46,580 bases of DNA, taken from positions 1-46,580 of the IMG/VR virus record IMGVR_UViG_3300032227_001064, one strand, 5' to 3'. The DNA is from a virus (Duplodnaviria; Caudoviricetes). Both the position numbers and the translations under genes were made by a program. Position 1 is the stretch's first letter. Each line of letters opens with the position of its first letter. A model generated the notes under the pieces. It saw only the letters and a program-made list of their open reading frames with translations, was not told the origin of the DNA and searched no databases. Positions 9,352-19,869 of this stretch are shown here, piece by piece.

Positions 9352-9959
9352 TGGAGAACGTTTTTGACGCAAACGCAATGCAAGAAATTCTTAAGCAATT
9401 TGAACAAATTAAAAAAGATGCGGGAATTGAACCTGATGAGGATTCAAAGAAAGAATTAGAAGACCTACTTGGATTTAGTATGGAAGAATTTGATGTAGAC
9501 ATCAATAGACAATTAAAAACAAGAACTCTTCAAGTTAAAAAACTTAGAGGGGATGCTTACGAACCATCATATAACTATGAATCAGACTCAGGTTTTGATT
9601 TGCATTCTGTTGAGGAAGTAACGTTACCTCCTTTTGGTAGAGCTTTAGTCCCAACAGGATTGGCATTTGGTATTCCTCCTGAATATGAAATTCAGGTAAG
9701 ACCTAAGAGTGGATTAGCCCTCAAACAAGGTTTGACTGTTTTAAATACACCAGGGACTGTTGATGCTGGTTATGATGGAGAAGTTAAAGTAATTGTCTTC
9801 AATACAAATAACCACGAAGTAACCATAACTAAAGGAATGAAAATAGGACAAGCCGTTTTAGCACCTGTTGTTTGCGGATATTATGTCAACTTAGAGATGG
9901 TTGAACAAATAGAAAAGAAAGAACGTGGAGATAACGGATTTGGCAGCACGGGAATTTAA
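9351..9959 (+). CDS. dut: Trimeric dUTPase with acidic N-terminal extension
   Basis: SGFDL, RPKSGLA, GTVDAGYDGE, KIGQ, RGDNGFGSTG. Confidence 0.95.
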   Translation: MENVFDANAMQEILKQFEQIKKDAGIEPDEDSKKELEDLLGFSMEEFDVDINRQLKTRTLQVKKLRGDAYEPSYNYESDSGFDLHSVEEVTLPPFGRALVPTGLAFGIPPEYEIQVRPKSGLALKQGLTVLNTPGTVDAGYDGEVKVIVFNTNNHEVTITKGMKIGQAVLAPVVCGYYVNLEMVEQIEKKERGDNGFGSTGI

Positions 9960-9979
9960 CAAGAAAAATCTTTTAAATA

Positions 9980-11608
9980 ATGATAACAGTAGGATATTCA
10001 ACAAGAACCCCAAACCCTGAGTTTACAGAATACTTGAAGAAAAGTTCGGGATTCAAAAAAATTAATGTAATAGAAAAAGTTAATAACGGAGAAAAATCTT
10101 TATCTCAAGTTTATAACGAAATTCTATCTGAGTCAGAAACTGACATAGTTGTATTTTGTCATGACGACATTTACTTCGATACGACAGGTTGGTACCATAA
10201 ACTGATGAAACACTTTGATAAAAGTGATTTTGGTATTATCGGTATGGCGGGTACAACCAACATGCCATCGAGTGGTCAATGGTGGGAAGATAGAAGAAAG
10301 ATGGTTGGTATTGTAAACCACGAACACGAAGGTAAAAAATGGGTTTCAAAATATGCCGATGACTTGAACAATAACATTAAACAAACAATAATGGTTGATG
10401 GATTATTCTTTGCTGTTAGTAAAGAAAGATTAAAGTCAAACTTTATTGAAGAGTTTCAAGGATTCCACTTTTATGATGTTGCGTTTTGTTTTGAGAATTT
10501 TCTTAAAGGTGTGAAAATTGGTGTTATCACTAATATTAGAATTACACACAAATCGATTGGTCAAACAAACCAACAATGGGAAGATAACAAACAATTATTT
10601 GCCAGCAAATATTCTGAATCTTTGCCAGCAAAAGTTCCTTTTGACACAAACAAAAAATTAAAGATATTAATATCTTGTTTATTTTTTAAAACTTTGACAG
10701 GTTCAGAATTATACGTTTATGAGTTAGCCAAAGGGTTAAAGGCTCTTGGTCATAGTGTAACTGTTCTATCACAAATAGGTGGACCGTTAACGAACATGGC
10801 TAAGAAATTAGGTATTAAATGTGTTTCATTTGAGGACTCACCAGGATTTAAACTTGGTGATGGCAAGTGGGGATTTAACACACCTGAAGGGTTTAAAGCG
10901 TCGACTGAGAATGTTCTATACAGAGTATCTGAAGTTGATTTTGATATTATCCATATGCAACATAAACCTGTTGCAGAAAGAATGATTGAATTCTATCCTG
11001 AGATAGATAAAATATATTCTATCCACTCTGAAGTGATTGAATTGGAAAACCCAATCAAACACGATTCAATTAAAAAATATATTGCAATCAGACCTGAAAT
11101 TAAGGACTATATTGTAAATAAATTTGAAGTACCTGAAGAGCAAGTTGAAATTATCTATAACCCTGTAGATAATGAAAAATTTAAATCGACTCAATCTGAA
11201 GTTAAAGATGCCGTTTTGTTTGTTGGTACTATTGATTACTTAAGAAGAGAAACCATAATGGATTTAATTGATTATACAAAAGAAAACAATAAAGAGTTAT
11301 GGTTAATGGGTGAGGATAAACAAAATTATTTATCAGCAATTTTAAGTCAGGAACATGTTAAACATTTCGAAGCTGGTTGGAACGTTGAAAAACTAATTAA
11401 TCAATGTTCTGAAACCGCAGGTATTCAATTAGGAAGAACCACAATCGAAAGTTGGTTATGTGGAAAACCAAGTTGGATTTATAAAGTTAACTCATTAGGT
11501 AGTATTGAATCTAAAGAAAAAATTGAAGTCCCATCGGATTTAGAAAAATATCATTCTAAAAATGTTGTAAACCTAATAAAAGAAGAATACAATAAAATAC
11601 TTTCGTGA
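9980..11608 (+). CDS. Bifunctional glycosyltransferase (GT2-like N-domain plus GT4-like C-domain)
   Basis: VFCHDD and GFHFYD in the N-domain. TGSELYVYELAKGL...GHSV and IIYNPVD in the C-domain. Confidence 0.8.
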   Translation: MITVGYSTRTPNPEFTEYLKKSSGFKKINVIEKVNNGEKSLSQVYNEILSESETDIVVFCHDDIYFDTTGWYHKLMKHFDKSDFGIIGMAGTTNMPSSGQWWEDRRKMVGIVNHEHEGKKWVSKYADDLNNNIKQTIMVDGLFFAVSKERLKSNFIEEFQGFHFYDVAFCFENFLKGVKIGVITNIRITHKSIGQTNQQWEDNKQLFASKYSESLPAKVPFDTNKKLKILISCLFFKTLTGSELYVYELAKGLKALGHSVTVLSQIGGPLTNMAKKLGIKCVSFEDSPGFKLGDGKWGFNTPEGFKASTENVLYRVSEVDFDIIHMQHKPVAERMIEFYPEIDKIYSIHSEVIELENPIKHDSIKKYIAIRPEIKDYIVNKFEVPEEQVEIIYNPVDNEKFKSTQSEVKDAVLFVGTIDYLRRETIMDLIDYTKENNKELWLMGEDKQNYLSAILSQEHVKHFEAGWNVEKLINQCSETAGIQLGRTTIESWLCGKPSWIYKVNSLGSIESKEKIEVPSDLEKYHSKNVVNLIKEEYNKILS

Positions 11609-12315
11609 TAATATTAACCACAACATACAACTGTGCTCCTTATGTGGAGAGGTCTTTGTTGAGTATTATGTCGCAAAGATTTAAAGACTTTACATGTTAT
11701 ATTACAGATGACTTATCAACTGATAATACAAGAGAAGTTATAAAGAAAACTATTGAGGGTGACCCAAGATTTATCCTAATTGAAAATCATATTAAATTAT
11801 ATCAACCCGGAAACTATGACCAAATTATTAATTGGAGAGCAATTCCTGGTGAAGAAATATGTGTAGAAGTAGACGGAGATGATTGGTTACCTGATTCAAA
11901 TGTTTTCACAAGAATCAATGAGGTTTACCAAGACCCAAATGTTTGGATGACAAGTGGTTCATTCAAATATCATGACGGAAGAGCCGGTTTTGCAAATCCC
12001 CCAACACAATTTACAAATATTAGAAAACAAACATTTACATTATCTCACTTAAGAACTTGGAAATCTTGGTTATGGAAAAAGATTAAAGAAGAGGATTTAA
12101 AAGATGAGAATGGTAATTATTGGAATGTTGCTGGTGATTTGGCATTTATGTTTCCAATGTTTGAAATGTCAGGTGAGGAGCATTATAGATTTTTACCTAA
12201 CATAAATTACATTTATAACGAATCTAACCCTATTAACGACCATAAAGTTAATATGAGTAATGTTATTAACACAGTAAATAAAATTAGAAATAAACCCGAA
12301 TACGGAAAATTATGA
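11605..12315 (+). CDS. Glycosyltransferase family 2
   Basis: TTYN...DDLSTD...VDGDDW. Confidence 0.85.
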   Translation: MIILTTTYNCAPYVERSLLSIMSQRFKDFTCYITDDLSTDNTREVIKKTIEGDPRFILIENHIKLYQPGNYDQIINWRAIPGEEICVEVDGDDWLPDSNVFTRINEVYQDPNVWMTSGSFKYHDGRAGFANPPTQFTNIRKQTFTLSHLRTWKSWLWKKIKEEDLKDENGNYWNVAGDLAFMFPMFEMSGEEHYRFLPNINYIYNESNPINDHKVNMSNVINTVNKIRNKPEYGKL

Positions 12316-12929
12316 CACCAAACGAAAAATGGAACGCAGACAGGGGTGATGATACATTAATCATCGATTACCCTTTAAATGAAAATTCACAAGTTATTGA
12401 ACTAGGTGGATATCATGGATTATGGACGAAAAGAATATCACAAAAATTTAATTGTAATATTCTTACAATTGAGCCAATTCCAGAATTTTATAACAAAATG
12501 ATAAACGAGTTTGATTACTATCTGAAAAATAACAGAGAAAAAATCAAAACAGAAAATTTTGGTATATCTACTGAAGAAAAAGAACTTACGTTCTCAGTTG
12601 ATGGTGATGCAACCTCTGCGCACTTATCATCTTCAAACCAAATTACTATCACTTGTCACACCTTAGAACATTACCTACAAAAATATAACATTGAGAAAAT
12701 TGACCTTTTACAAGTTAATATTGAAGGTGAAGAATACCCTTTATTAGAAGAATGGACTAAATCAGGGATTATTAATAAGGTAAAGTATCTTCAAGTTCAA
12801 TACCACAGATATGGTGAAAACTATGAAGCAAGACACAATAACATACAAGAGAATTTGAAAAATTTAGGATTCAAATTAAGATATGAATATCCTTTTGTGT
12901 GGGAAGCGTGGGAAAATACAAATTTATAA
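12312..12929 (+). CDS. FkbM-family methyltransferase
   Basis: IELGGYHG, IEP, IDLLQVNIEGEE. Confidence 0.85.
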   Translation: MTPNEKWNADRGDDTLIIDYPLNENSQVIELGGYHGLWTKRISQKFNCNILTIEPIPEFYNKMINEFDYYLKNNREKIKTENFGISTEEKELTFSVDGDATSAHLSSSNQITITCHTLEHYLQKYNIEKIDLLQVNIEGEEYPLLEEWTKSGIINKVKYLQVQYHRYGENYEARHNNIQENLKNLGFKLRYEYPFVWEAWENTNL

Positions 12930-12932
12930 TTT

Positions 12933-13751
12933 ATGAGTAATTTAATATCATGCAATTTAATGGGTGGGTTAGGTAATCAAATGTTTCAAGCTGGTCATGC
13001 ATTAGCTCAAGGGTGGAAACATAACAGAGAAACCGTGTTCATTCCAAAGTCTTGGACTCCAATGCAAGGTAAAGATACTTCACATTACAAAGAAAATGTT
13101 TTTAGAAATTTAAAGTTTGTTGATAATATTGACGGATTCACAAAGGTCCACGATGGACCTTGGGAATTTACAGAAGTAAACCCTGTTGAGGGGGATACGG
13201 TTTTTGAAGGGTACTTTCAAAGCGGTAAAAACTTATTAGGATTCAATGATAAGATTAGAGAAACTTTTGGACCGACAGAACAATTTATATCTGAAATTAC
13301 CCAAAAATACCCACAACTTAATCAAGAGAATACCGTATCAATTCACATTAGATTCGGTGATTATAAACAAAACCCACACATACACCCAAGTGTTTCAAAA
13401 GAATACTTAGATAAGGCGTTAGAAATGATTGGTTCATATAGTCATTTATTTTTGTTTGGTGACGATAAAGAATGGTTATCAAACAACTTTGCCGGTGACA
13501 ATATCACTTTGGTAAATGAAGATGATTATGTGGATATGTGGATGATGTCTCTTTGTAAAAACAACATAATTCCAAACTCAACATTTTCTTGGTGGAGCGC
13601 GTTTCTTAATAAAAACATAAATAAAAAAGTAATAGCACCCTCGATTTGGTTTGGCCCAAGCGGTCCTCAAAATTACTACGATATGTATGAATCTGATTGG
13701 ACTAAAATGGATGTAATCTATTCTGACGGAGAACTAAAACCAAAAAATTAA
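12933..13751 (+). CDS. GT11 alpha-1,2-fucosyltransferase-like
   Basis: GGLGNQMFQ, GYFQS, HIRFGDY, NSTFSWW. Confidence 0.9.
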   Translation: MSNLISCNLMGGLGNQMFQAGHALAQGWKHNRETVFIPKSWTPMQGKDTSHYKENVFRNLKFVDNIDGFTKVHDGPWEFTEVNPVEGDTVFEGYFQSGKNLLGFNDKIRETFGPTEQFISEITQKYPQLNQENTVSIHIRFGDYKQNPHIHPSVSKEYLDKALEMIGSYSHLFLFGDDKEWLSNNFAGDNITLVNEDDYVDMWMMSLCKNNIIPNSTFSWWSAFLNKNINKKVIAPSIWFGPSGPQNYYDMYESDWTKMDVIYSDGELKPKN

Positions 13752-13752
13752 T

Positions 13753-14580
13753 ATGTCCGAAAAAATTAAAATTAAAAAGATTTCTCATTATTGGGGAGAA
13801 CATGATTGTTCTTCAGCAAGAAACCTTCCGAAGTATATTGAATGGGTACCAAAAGAAAGTCCTTTATCTTGTGATATGACAGTTTACGTTGACAATTTCA
13901 TTAAAGATTGGGGAATGAAAGACCCATCCAAAGAAAAAATAGGATGGTTATTAGAATCTCCGCAAGTAAATGAAGAAGTTATCAGGTATATTAAAGACAA
14001 TTTAGAACTAGTACGAAGTCATTACAAAATGATTTTTACTTGTGTTGATAGTCTTTTAGAGATTGGAGAACCGTTTAAATATACTATCTCAAATGTGGTA
14101 CCTTGGATATGGGAACAAAACAGAATGATTTATCCAAAAACTAAATTAGTTAGTATGATTGCATCAAACAAAGGATGGTTACGTGGTCATCAGAACAGGT
14201 TAAAATGGGTTGAAAAGTTAAAAGATAAAGTAGACTTATTTGGTTCAGGTAGACCAAATCAATTAAAAGATAAAGAAGACGGATTAAAAGATTACATGTT
14301 TTCAGTTTCAATTGAAAACGACAATTCACCAGGATATTTTACAGAAAAATTAACCGATAATTTTGTTACAGGAACCGTTCCGGTGTATTGGGGTTCAAGA
14401 GAAATTGTATCAAAATACTTTGACCCAACAGGAGTGATTTTTTTAGAAGATGACCCAACATTATCAACATTATCTGTTGAAAAATATCAATCAATGATGC
14501 CATCGATTGAAAGAAATTTCAAATTGGCTCAAAAACTTCCAATTGCGGAAGATTATTTTTTTGAAAAATATTTAAAATAA
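13753..14580 (+). CDS. GT10 alpha-1,3-fucosyltransferase-like
   Basis: YMFSVSIEN...YFTEKL...GTVPVYWG. Confidence 0.85.
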   Translation: MSEKIKIKKISHYWGEHDCSSARNLPKYIEWVPKESPLSCDMTVYVDNFIKDWGMKDPSKEKIGWLLESPQVNEEVIRYIKDNLELVRSHYKMIFTCVDSLLEIGEPFKYTISNVVPWIWEQNRMIYPKTKLVSMIASNKGWLRGHQNRLKWVEKLKDKVDLFGSGRPNQLKDKEDGLKDYMFSVSIENDNSPGYFTEKLTDNFVTGTVPVYWGSREIVSKYFDPTGVIFLEDDPTLSTLSVEKYQSMMPSIERNFKLAQKLPIAEDYFFEKYLK

Positions 14581-14598
14581 AAATTTAAAATAAAAATT

Positions 14599-15222
14599 AT
14601 GAGTATTAATACAAGTCCTAACACTAAAAGATGTGAAATACATGACGTAAAAACAATGGTTAATTTTTACAATTTAACCGGTGATATTGTTGAATTTGGA
14701 ACATTTAGTTGTGAATCAGCAATACATCTATCAAAAGATTTTGAAGACCGTAAAATATACACCATTGACCATTTTGAAGGTTTAGAAAGGACCTCAAAAA
14801 ATTTACCAAAAGGAAGTGATTGGTCAGAAGGTATGTTTAATTTATCTCACCCTGAATTTATTAATAATTCAAGAGTACCAAAAACAAAAGAGGAGGCGTT
14901 GGCGAAATTATCCCCATATAGTAATATAACAATGATTATTAGTGATGTTCATAAATTAACTGAACCAAAAGATTACAATATAGGAAAAATAGCGGCAGTT
15001 AATCTTGATGTTGACATTTATGAACCATCAGTATCATCTCTTGAATTTGTTTCAAAATGTGAATGGAATGAATTATTCATTAGATTTGACGATTGGCATG
15101 GAACAGAATCTGAATATGATGAACACGAAAGATTAGCTTTTATCGAATGGATAAATAAATACGGTTACGAATATAAAATAACTCACGGAGGATATATCGG
15201 TGGTGTTTACGTTAAAAGATAA
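14599..15222 (+). CDS. TylF/MycF-like SAM-dependent O-methyltransferase
   Basis: GDIVEFG, DHFEGL, LDVDIYE, FDDW. Confidence 0.75.
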   Translation: MSINTSPNTKRCEIHDVKTMVNFYNLTGDIVEFGTFSCESAIHLSKDFEDRKIYTIDHFEGLERTSKNLPKGSDWSEGMFNLSHPEFINNSRVPKTKEEALAKLSPYSNITMIISDVHKLTEPKDYNIGKIAAVNLDVDIYEPSVSSLEFVSKCEWNELFIRFDDWHGTESEYDEHERLAFIEWINKYGYEYKITHGGYIGGVYVKR

Positions 15223-15225
15223 AAT

Positions 15226-16038
15226 ATGAAATATTTGATTTTAGGTTCATCGGGACAAATAGGTTTAGAGCTTTGTGAATTCTTAAAAAAAGAAGGTCAC
15301 GAAGTTTTAACCTTTGATATTGAAGATGACCAAATGCAAGATTTAAGAATTAAAGGAATGGTCGACTCTCGTGTAAGTGAGTCAGACTTTGTAATGTTTT
15401 TAGCGTTTGATGTAGGAGGTTCAAGATATTTGAAAAAGTATCAACACACTTATGATTTTATTGATAACAATGCAAGACTTATGGTACACACATTCCAAGC
15501 ATTAAAGTCATACAGAAAACCATTCATATTCGCATCATCTCAAATGTCTAATATGTCTTATTCTCCTTATGGAGTTGCTAAGGCATTAGGAGAATCATAT
15601 ACAAGAGCTTTAGGTGGTATTATAGTTAAGTTTTGGAACGTCTATGGACCTGAACATAATTTAGAAAAGTCTCACGTAATTACTGACTTTATTATTAAAG
15701 CTAAAGATTATGGTCATATCACAATGATGACCGACGGAACAGAAGAAAGACAATTCCTTCACGCCGAAGATTGTTCAAATGCGTTAATGATTCTATCTCA
15801 AAAGTACAATGAGATTGATAGAGATAAGGAATTACATATTACAAATTTTGAGTGGAATACCATCTTAGATGTTGCAAACATTATAAATGAAGAAATTCCT
15901 TGTAAGATAACCCCATCAAAAGAAATAGATACTGTTCAATTAAACAAAAGAAATGAACCGGACCCATACATTCTAAATTACTGGAAACCAACTATTTCAT
16001 TAAAAGAGGGAATTAAAAAAATTATAACTCAAATATAA
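15226..16038 (+). CDS. NAD-dependent nucleotide-sugar epimerase/dehydratase (extended SDR)
   Basis: GSSGQIG, YGVAK, NVYGP, RQFLHAED. Confidence 0.85.
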   Translation: MKYLILGSSGQIGLELCEFLKKEGHEVLTFDIEDDQMQDLRIKGMVDSRVSESDFVMFLAFDVGGSRYLKKYQHTYDFIDNNARLMVHTFQALKSYRKPFIFASSQMSNMSYSPYGVAKALGESYTRALGGIIVKFWNVYGPEHNLEKSHVITDFIIKAKDYGHITMMTDGTEERQFLHAEDCSNALMILSQKYNEIDRDKELHITNFEWNTILDVANIINEEIPCKITPSKEIDTVQLNKRNEPDPYILNYWKPTISLKEGIKKIITQI

Positions 16039-16117
16039 ATGGGATTGTTTAATATTATCGATAGACTAAACATTATTTATTTAAAACGATAATAAACTAT
16101 TTTAATAAAAAAAAACT

Positions 16118-16753
16118 ATGAAATCATACTCACAGTGTGGACAAGACTTATTTGTCTATTATCTAAACGAAGGAAAATCAGGTAAATTTTTAGACCTTGG
16201 ATGTTCTTTACCAAAGAAAATTAATAACACCTATCTTTTAGAACTTAATGGATGGGATGGTATATCTTTAGATATCCAAAATTTTAACGAGCAATGGAAA
16301 GAAAGAAAATGTAAGTTTATTCAAGCCGATTGTCTTAATCAAAACTACAACGAACTACTTAAAGATTATTACGATGACAAAGTAATTGATTATCTAACGT
16401 TGGACATGGAAGGATGTGGTGATAGATATAAATTATTAGAAAAAATCATCGAGAGTGATTATACATTTAAAATAATCACAATAGAACATGACGCTTATCT
16501 TGGTGAAGACTTCATTAATAAAGAACAAATACCACAACGTGAATTGTTGATATCAAAAGGATATCAACTAGTTTGTTCTGATGTATCTCACGCAAAAAAC
16601 CCTAATCTATTCTTTGAAGATTGGTGGGTCAATCCTCAATATTTTGAAGAGTCTGACCTTATATCTTGGAGTTGCAATAAAACCAGCTGCGATAAAATTT
16701 TCGAAAAATTAAATATTGAATACAATGTTGCTCAAGAATCAATTGATAGGTAA
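16118..16753 (+). CDS. FkbM-like methyltransferase
   Basis: YSQCGQD, FLDLG, NNTYLLE, IDYLTLDMEG, ITIEHD, EDWW. Confidence 0.75.
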   Translation: MKSYSQCGQDLFVYYLNEGKSGKFLDLGCSLPKKINNTYLLELNGWDGISLDIQNFNEQWKERKCKFIQADCLNQNYNELLKDYYDDKVIDYLTLDMEGCGDRYKLLEKIIESDYTFKIITIEHDAYLGEDFINKEQIPQRELLISKGYQLVCSDVSHAKNPNLFFEDWWVNPQYFEESDLISWSCNKTSCDKIFEKLNIEYNVAQESIDR

Positions 16754-17843
16754 GAAAGTGGTCATATTAGGTGGAGGTGGGTTCATTGGAGGACACCTTG
16801 CAAAAAGACTCAAAGAAGAAGGTAATCACGTTAGAATTTGTGATATTAAAAAACACGAACACTTTTTTCAGGAAGAAATATGTGATGAATTTATTTTGGG
16901 GGATTTAACAGACCCTAAGGTCGTAGATTTGGTCATTGAGGAAGGAGTTGACGAAGTATATCAATTGGCGGCTGACATGGGTGGCGCTCTTTATATCTTC
17001 ACTGGTGAGAACGATGCAAATCTTATGCACAACTCAGCAACAATCAACTTAAACGTATCAAGAGAATGTGTTAAGAAAAAAGTTAAGAAGGTATTCTATT
17101 CTTCTTCAGCTTGTATGTACCCTGAACACAATCAACTTGACCCATTAAATCCAAACTGTGAAGAAAGTTCAGCATATCCTGCAAACCCCGATTCAGAATA
17201 CGGATGGGAAAAGTTATTCTCTGAGAGAGTATTCTTGGCATACCACAGAAACTACGGATTAAATGTAAGAATTGCAAGATTCCATAACATCTTTGGTCCA
17301 CAAGGTACTTGGAAAGGTGGTAGAGAAAAATCACCAGCGGCAATGTGTAGAAAAGTCGCGGAATCTAAAGACGGGGATGTCATCGAAGTGTGGGGTAATG
17401 GTCAACAAACTCGTTCATTTCTTTATGTTGAAGAATGTGTTGAGGCGGTTCTTAGATTAATGGAATCAGATTTTACAGAACCAGTTAATATTGGAAGCGA
17501 AGAAATGGTAACAATCAATCAACTTGCGGAAATGGCAATTAGTATATCAGGAAAAAATTTATCAATAAAAAATATTGATGGTGAAGAATTCGTAAACAAG
17601 TATGGATTTAAATGTCCTCTTGGTGTTAAAGGAAGAAATTCCGATAACAAACTTTATCGTGAAAAAGTTGGTTGGGAAGTTAGTCAACCTTTATTAGTCG
17701 GACTTACAAAAACTTTTTTATGGATAAAATCTCAAGTCGACACTTTAGAATTAGAAACACCTTGGATTTATGAAAGCCCTGACGGTGGAACTACAGTATT
17801 CAAGAGAGAGCCTATGTCCACAGAAAGGATAAAAGTTAAATAA
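16716..17843 (+). CDS. GDP-mannose 3,5-epimerase-like SDR with C-terminal extension
   Basis: GGGGFIG, LAADMGG, YSSSACMYPE, YGWEK, RFHNIFGP, GGREKSPAAMCRK, RSFLY, GRNSDN. The true start may be ATG 16725 or TTG 16743. Confidence 0.85.
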   Translation: MNTMLLKNQLIGKKVVILGGGGFIGGHLAKRLKEEGNHVRICDIKKHEHFFQEEICDEFILGDLTDPKVVDLVIEEGVDEVYQLAADMGGALYIFTGENDANLMHNSATINLNVSRECVKKKVKKVFYSSSACMYPEHNQLDPLNPNCEESSAYPANPDSEYGWEKLFSERVFLAYHRNYGLNVRIARFHNIFGPQGTWKGGREKSPAAMCRKVAESKDGDVIEVWGNGQQTRSFLYVEECVEAVLRLMESDFTEPVNIGSEEMVTINQLAEMAISISGKNLSIKNIDGEEFVNKYGFKCPLGVKGRNSDNKLYREKVGWEVSQPLLVGLTKTFLWIKSQVDTLELETPWIYESPDGGTTVFKREPMSTERIKVK

Positions 17844-17849
17844 AAAAAT

Positions 17850-18230
17850 ATGGTATCAGTTCCAGTCAGTATTGGAGAATTGATTGATAAACTATCAATT
17901 CTTCAAGTAAAAAAAACTAAAATTTCAGATGAAGTAAAATTAGAATTCGTTAATAAAGAATTTGAAATTTTATACAATCTATCATCAGTTTATTTAGACA
18001 ACCTTGAAATCGAACCCCTTTATCATCAATTAGTTGAAATCAATTCATCTCTTTGGGATGTTGAAGACAATTTAAGAATAATTGAAACACAAAAAAGATT
18101 TGAGGGTGAGTTTATATCTTTATCAAGAAAAGTATATTTTACTAATGACGAAAGATTTAGATTAAAAAATGAAATAAATTTGATTACGTCCTCAGAAATT
18201 AGAGAAGTCAAAGATTACGTAAAGTATTAA
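17850..18230 (+). CDS. DUF6165-like protein
   Basis: VPVSIGELIDKLSIL...LWDVED...NDERFRLKNEIN...EVKDY. Confidence 0.7.
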   Translation: MVSVPVSIGELIDKLSILQVKKTKISDEVKLEFVNKEFEILYNLSSVYLDNLEIEPLYHQLVEINSSLWDVEDNLRIIETQKRFEGEFISLSRKVYFTNDERFRLKNEINLITSSEIREVKDYVKY

Positions 18231-18247
18231 CAATTAAAAACAAACGG

Positions 18248-18988
18248 ATGGGAAAAACAACAAGGAGAGCGTCTTCCACTCAACCTTCAAATTTAAACGA
18301 AGAAAGAATCGTTAAAACAAAAAAAGAACAAATTTGTTCAATCATAAAAAAGAAAACAAAACAAAAATTTTTATCGGAAAGTCAAAAAGAATATTATGAA
18401 AAGTTGGAATTAAATCAAATTACGATTTGTTCAGGTCCAGCTGGTGTTGGTAAAAGTTACATAGCAATGAAAGGAGCTGTTGATTTATTAAGTGACCCAA
18501 ATACCCCTTATGAAAAAATAATTATTGTACGACCAGCAGTTGAGGCTGAAGAAAAACTCGGCTCACTTCCTGGTAACGTTGAAGAAAAATTAGACCCTTA
18601 TATTTTCCCATCATATTACCTATTAAATAAAATTATTGGTAAAGAGATTAGAGAAAAGTTAAAAGAAATTGAAGCAATCGAAGTTTTTGCATTGGCTTAT
18701 ATGAGGGGAATGAATATAGACAACTCAATTCTTATATTTGAAGAAGCTCAAAATTCAACTCCAAGTCAAATGAAATTATTATTAACAAGAATTGGATTCA
18801 ATTCCAAATTTTTTATTTCAGGGGACTTAGAACAATTTGATAGACATAAAGATAAAACACAAACAGGACTTTGGGACGCTATGAAAAAATTCAGGGATTT
18901 ACCAAGTGTTGGTGTACACGAGTTTGGTGATGGTGATGTGGTTAGAAACCCTCTTATTACTCAAATTTTAAAAAGATATGAAGAATGA
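18248..18988 (+). CDS. phoH: PhoH-family ATPase
   Basis: GPAGVGKS, LGSLPG, YMRG, EEAQN, LLTRIG, VVRNPL. Confidence 0.95.
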   Translation: MGKTTRRASSTQPSNLNEERIVKTKKEQICSIIKKKTKQKFLSESQKEYYEKLELNQITICSGPAGVGKSYIAMKGAVDLLSDPNTPYEKIIIVRPAVEAEEKLGSLPGNVEEKLDPYIFPSYYLLNKIIGKEIREKLKEIEAIEVFALAYMRGMNIDNSILIFEEAQNSTPSQMKLLLTRIGFNSKFFISGDLEQFDRHKDKTQTGLWDAMKKFRDLPSVGVHEFGDGDVVRNPLITQILKRYEE

Positions 18989-19593
18989 GAATAGGAATAG
19001 AGATTAACGGTGTCCTTAGAGATACTCTTACAAAAATCCAACAAGAATATGAAAAATGGTATCTTAATGAAAATTGGAAGGAATTAAAATTAATTGAAGA
19101 TGACCCTGAAATTGAGAGAAAAGTTATTTCAAATGTAACTTCTTTAGAATTAAGTAATCATTTAGCATTTAAAAACAAAGATGAAATTTATGATTTTTTA
19201 TACAAAGAACATACAATGGAGATTTTTGGTCATGCTTCATCTGTTGAATATAACGGAATGAATGACTTAAATGATTTTTATGTTGATGTAAGAGATAATC
19301 ATGATGTATTAATAGTTTCAGATGAAATGGGTAAATCTAAACCAGCGTCTTTATTTTTCTTGGCTAAGTTTGGTTGCTTGGTTGAACAAGTTAAGTTCTA
19401 TAGTGAAAGTACAATTAATTCGCTATGGGATTCAATAGACATTTTACTTACTGCAAATTCTAATTTATTATTAAATCATCCTGAAGGTAAAATTGTAATT
19501 AAATATAACACTACTTACAACTCAGATATAAAAACCGAGTATTCGATTTCAACATTGAAAGAGCTCAAAACTAAAATGGAAGAAATATGTTAA
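18985..19593 (+). CDS. HAD-superfamily 5'(3')-deoxyribonucleotidase-like protein, degenerate active site
   Basis: MRIGIEINGVLRD where IGIDxDGVL is expected. C-terminal YNTTYN. Confidence 0.5.
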   Translation: MRIGIEINGVLRDTLTKIQQEYEKWYLNENWKELKLIEDDPEIERKVISNVTSLELSNHLAFKNKDEIYDFLYKEHTMEIFGHASSVEYNGMNDLNDFYVDVRDNHDVLIVSDEMGKSKPASLFFLAKFGCLVEQVKFYSESTINSLWDSIDILLTANSNLLLNHPEGKIVIKYNTTYNSDIKTEYSISTLKELKTKMEEIC

Positions 19594-19868
19594 ATGTTTT
19601 AGGTGAAAATTATTATGTGGATTTAGATGAAATCGAATCATATCTTGATATGACAGATGAATTATCAGCAGAACCAATGAGTGGTACAACTGAAATGAGA
19701 ATTAACATTATTAAATTTGAAATGGTAAAAATGATGTTAGAGACTGTTTTATCAGAACAAGACGATATGGATGAAAAACTTGGATATAAAGGAGCGTCAA
19801 AAACAAGTATTCCATTCAAAATCGCATTCAACAGCTTATTAAATAAAAAACTTATCAATCATTATTAA
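19587..19868 (+). CDS. Hypothetical protein
   Basis: 93-aa ORF within the operon. Confidence 0.75.
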   Translation: MLNVLGENYYVDLDEIESYLDMTDELSAEPMSGTTEMRINIIKFEMVKMMLETVLSEQDDMDEKLGYKGASKTSIPFKIAFNSLLNKKLINHY

Positions 19869-19869
19869 T

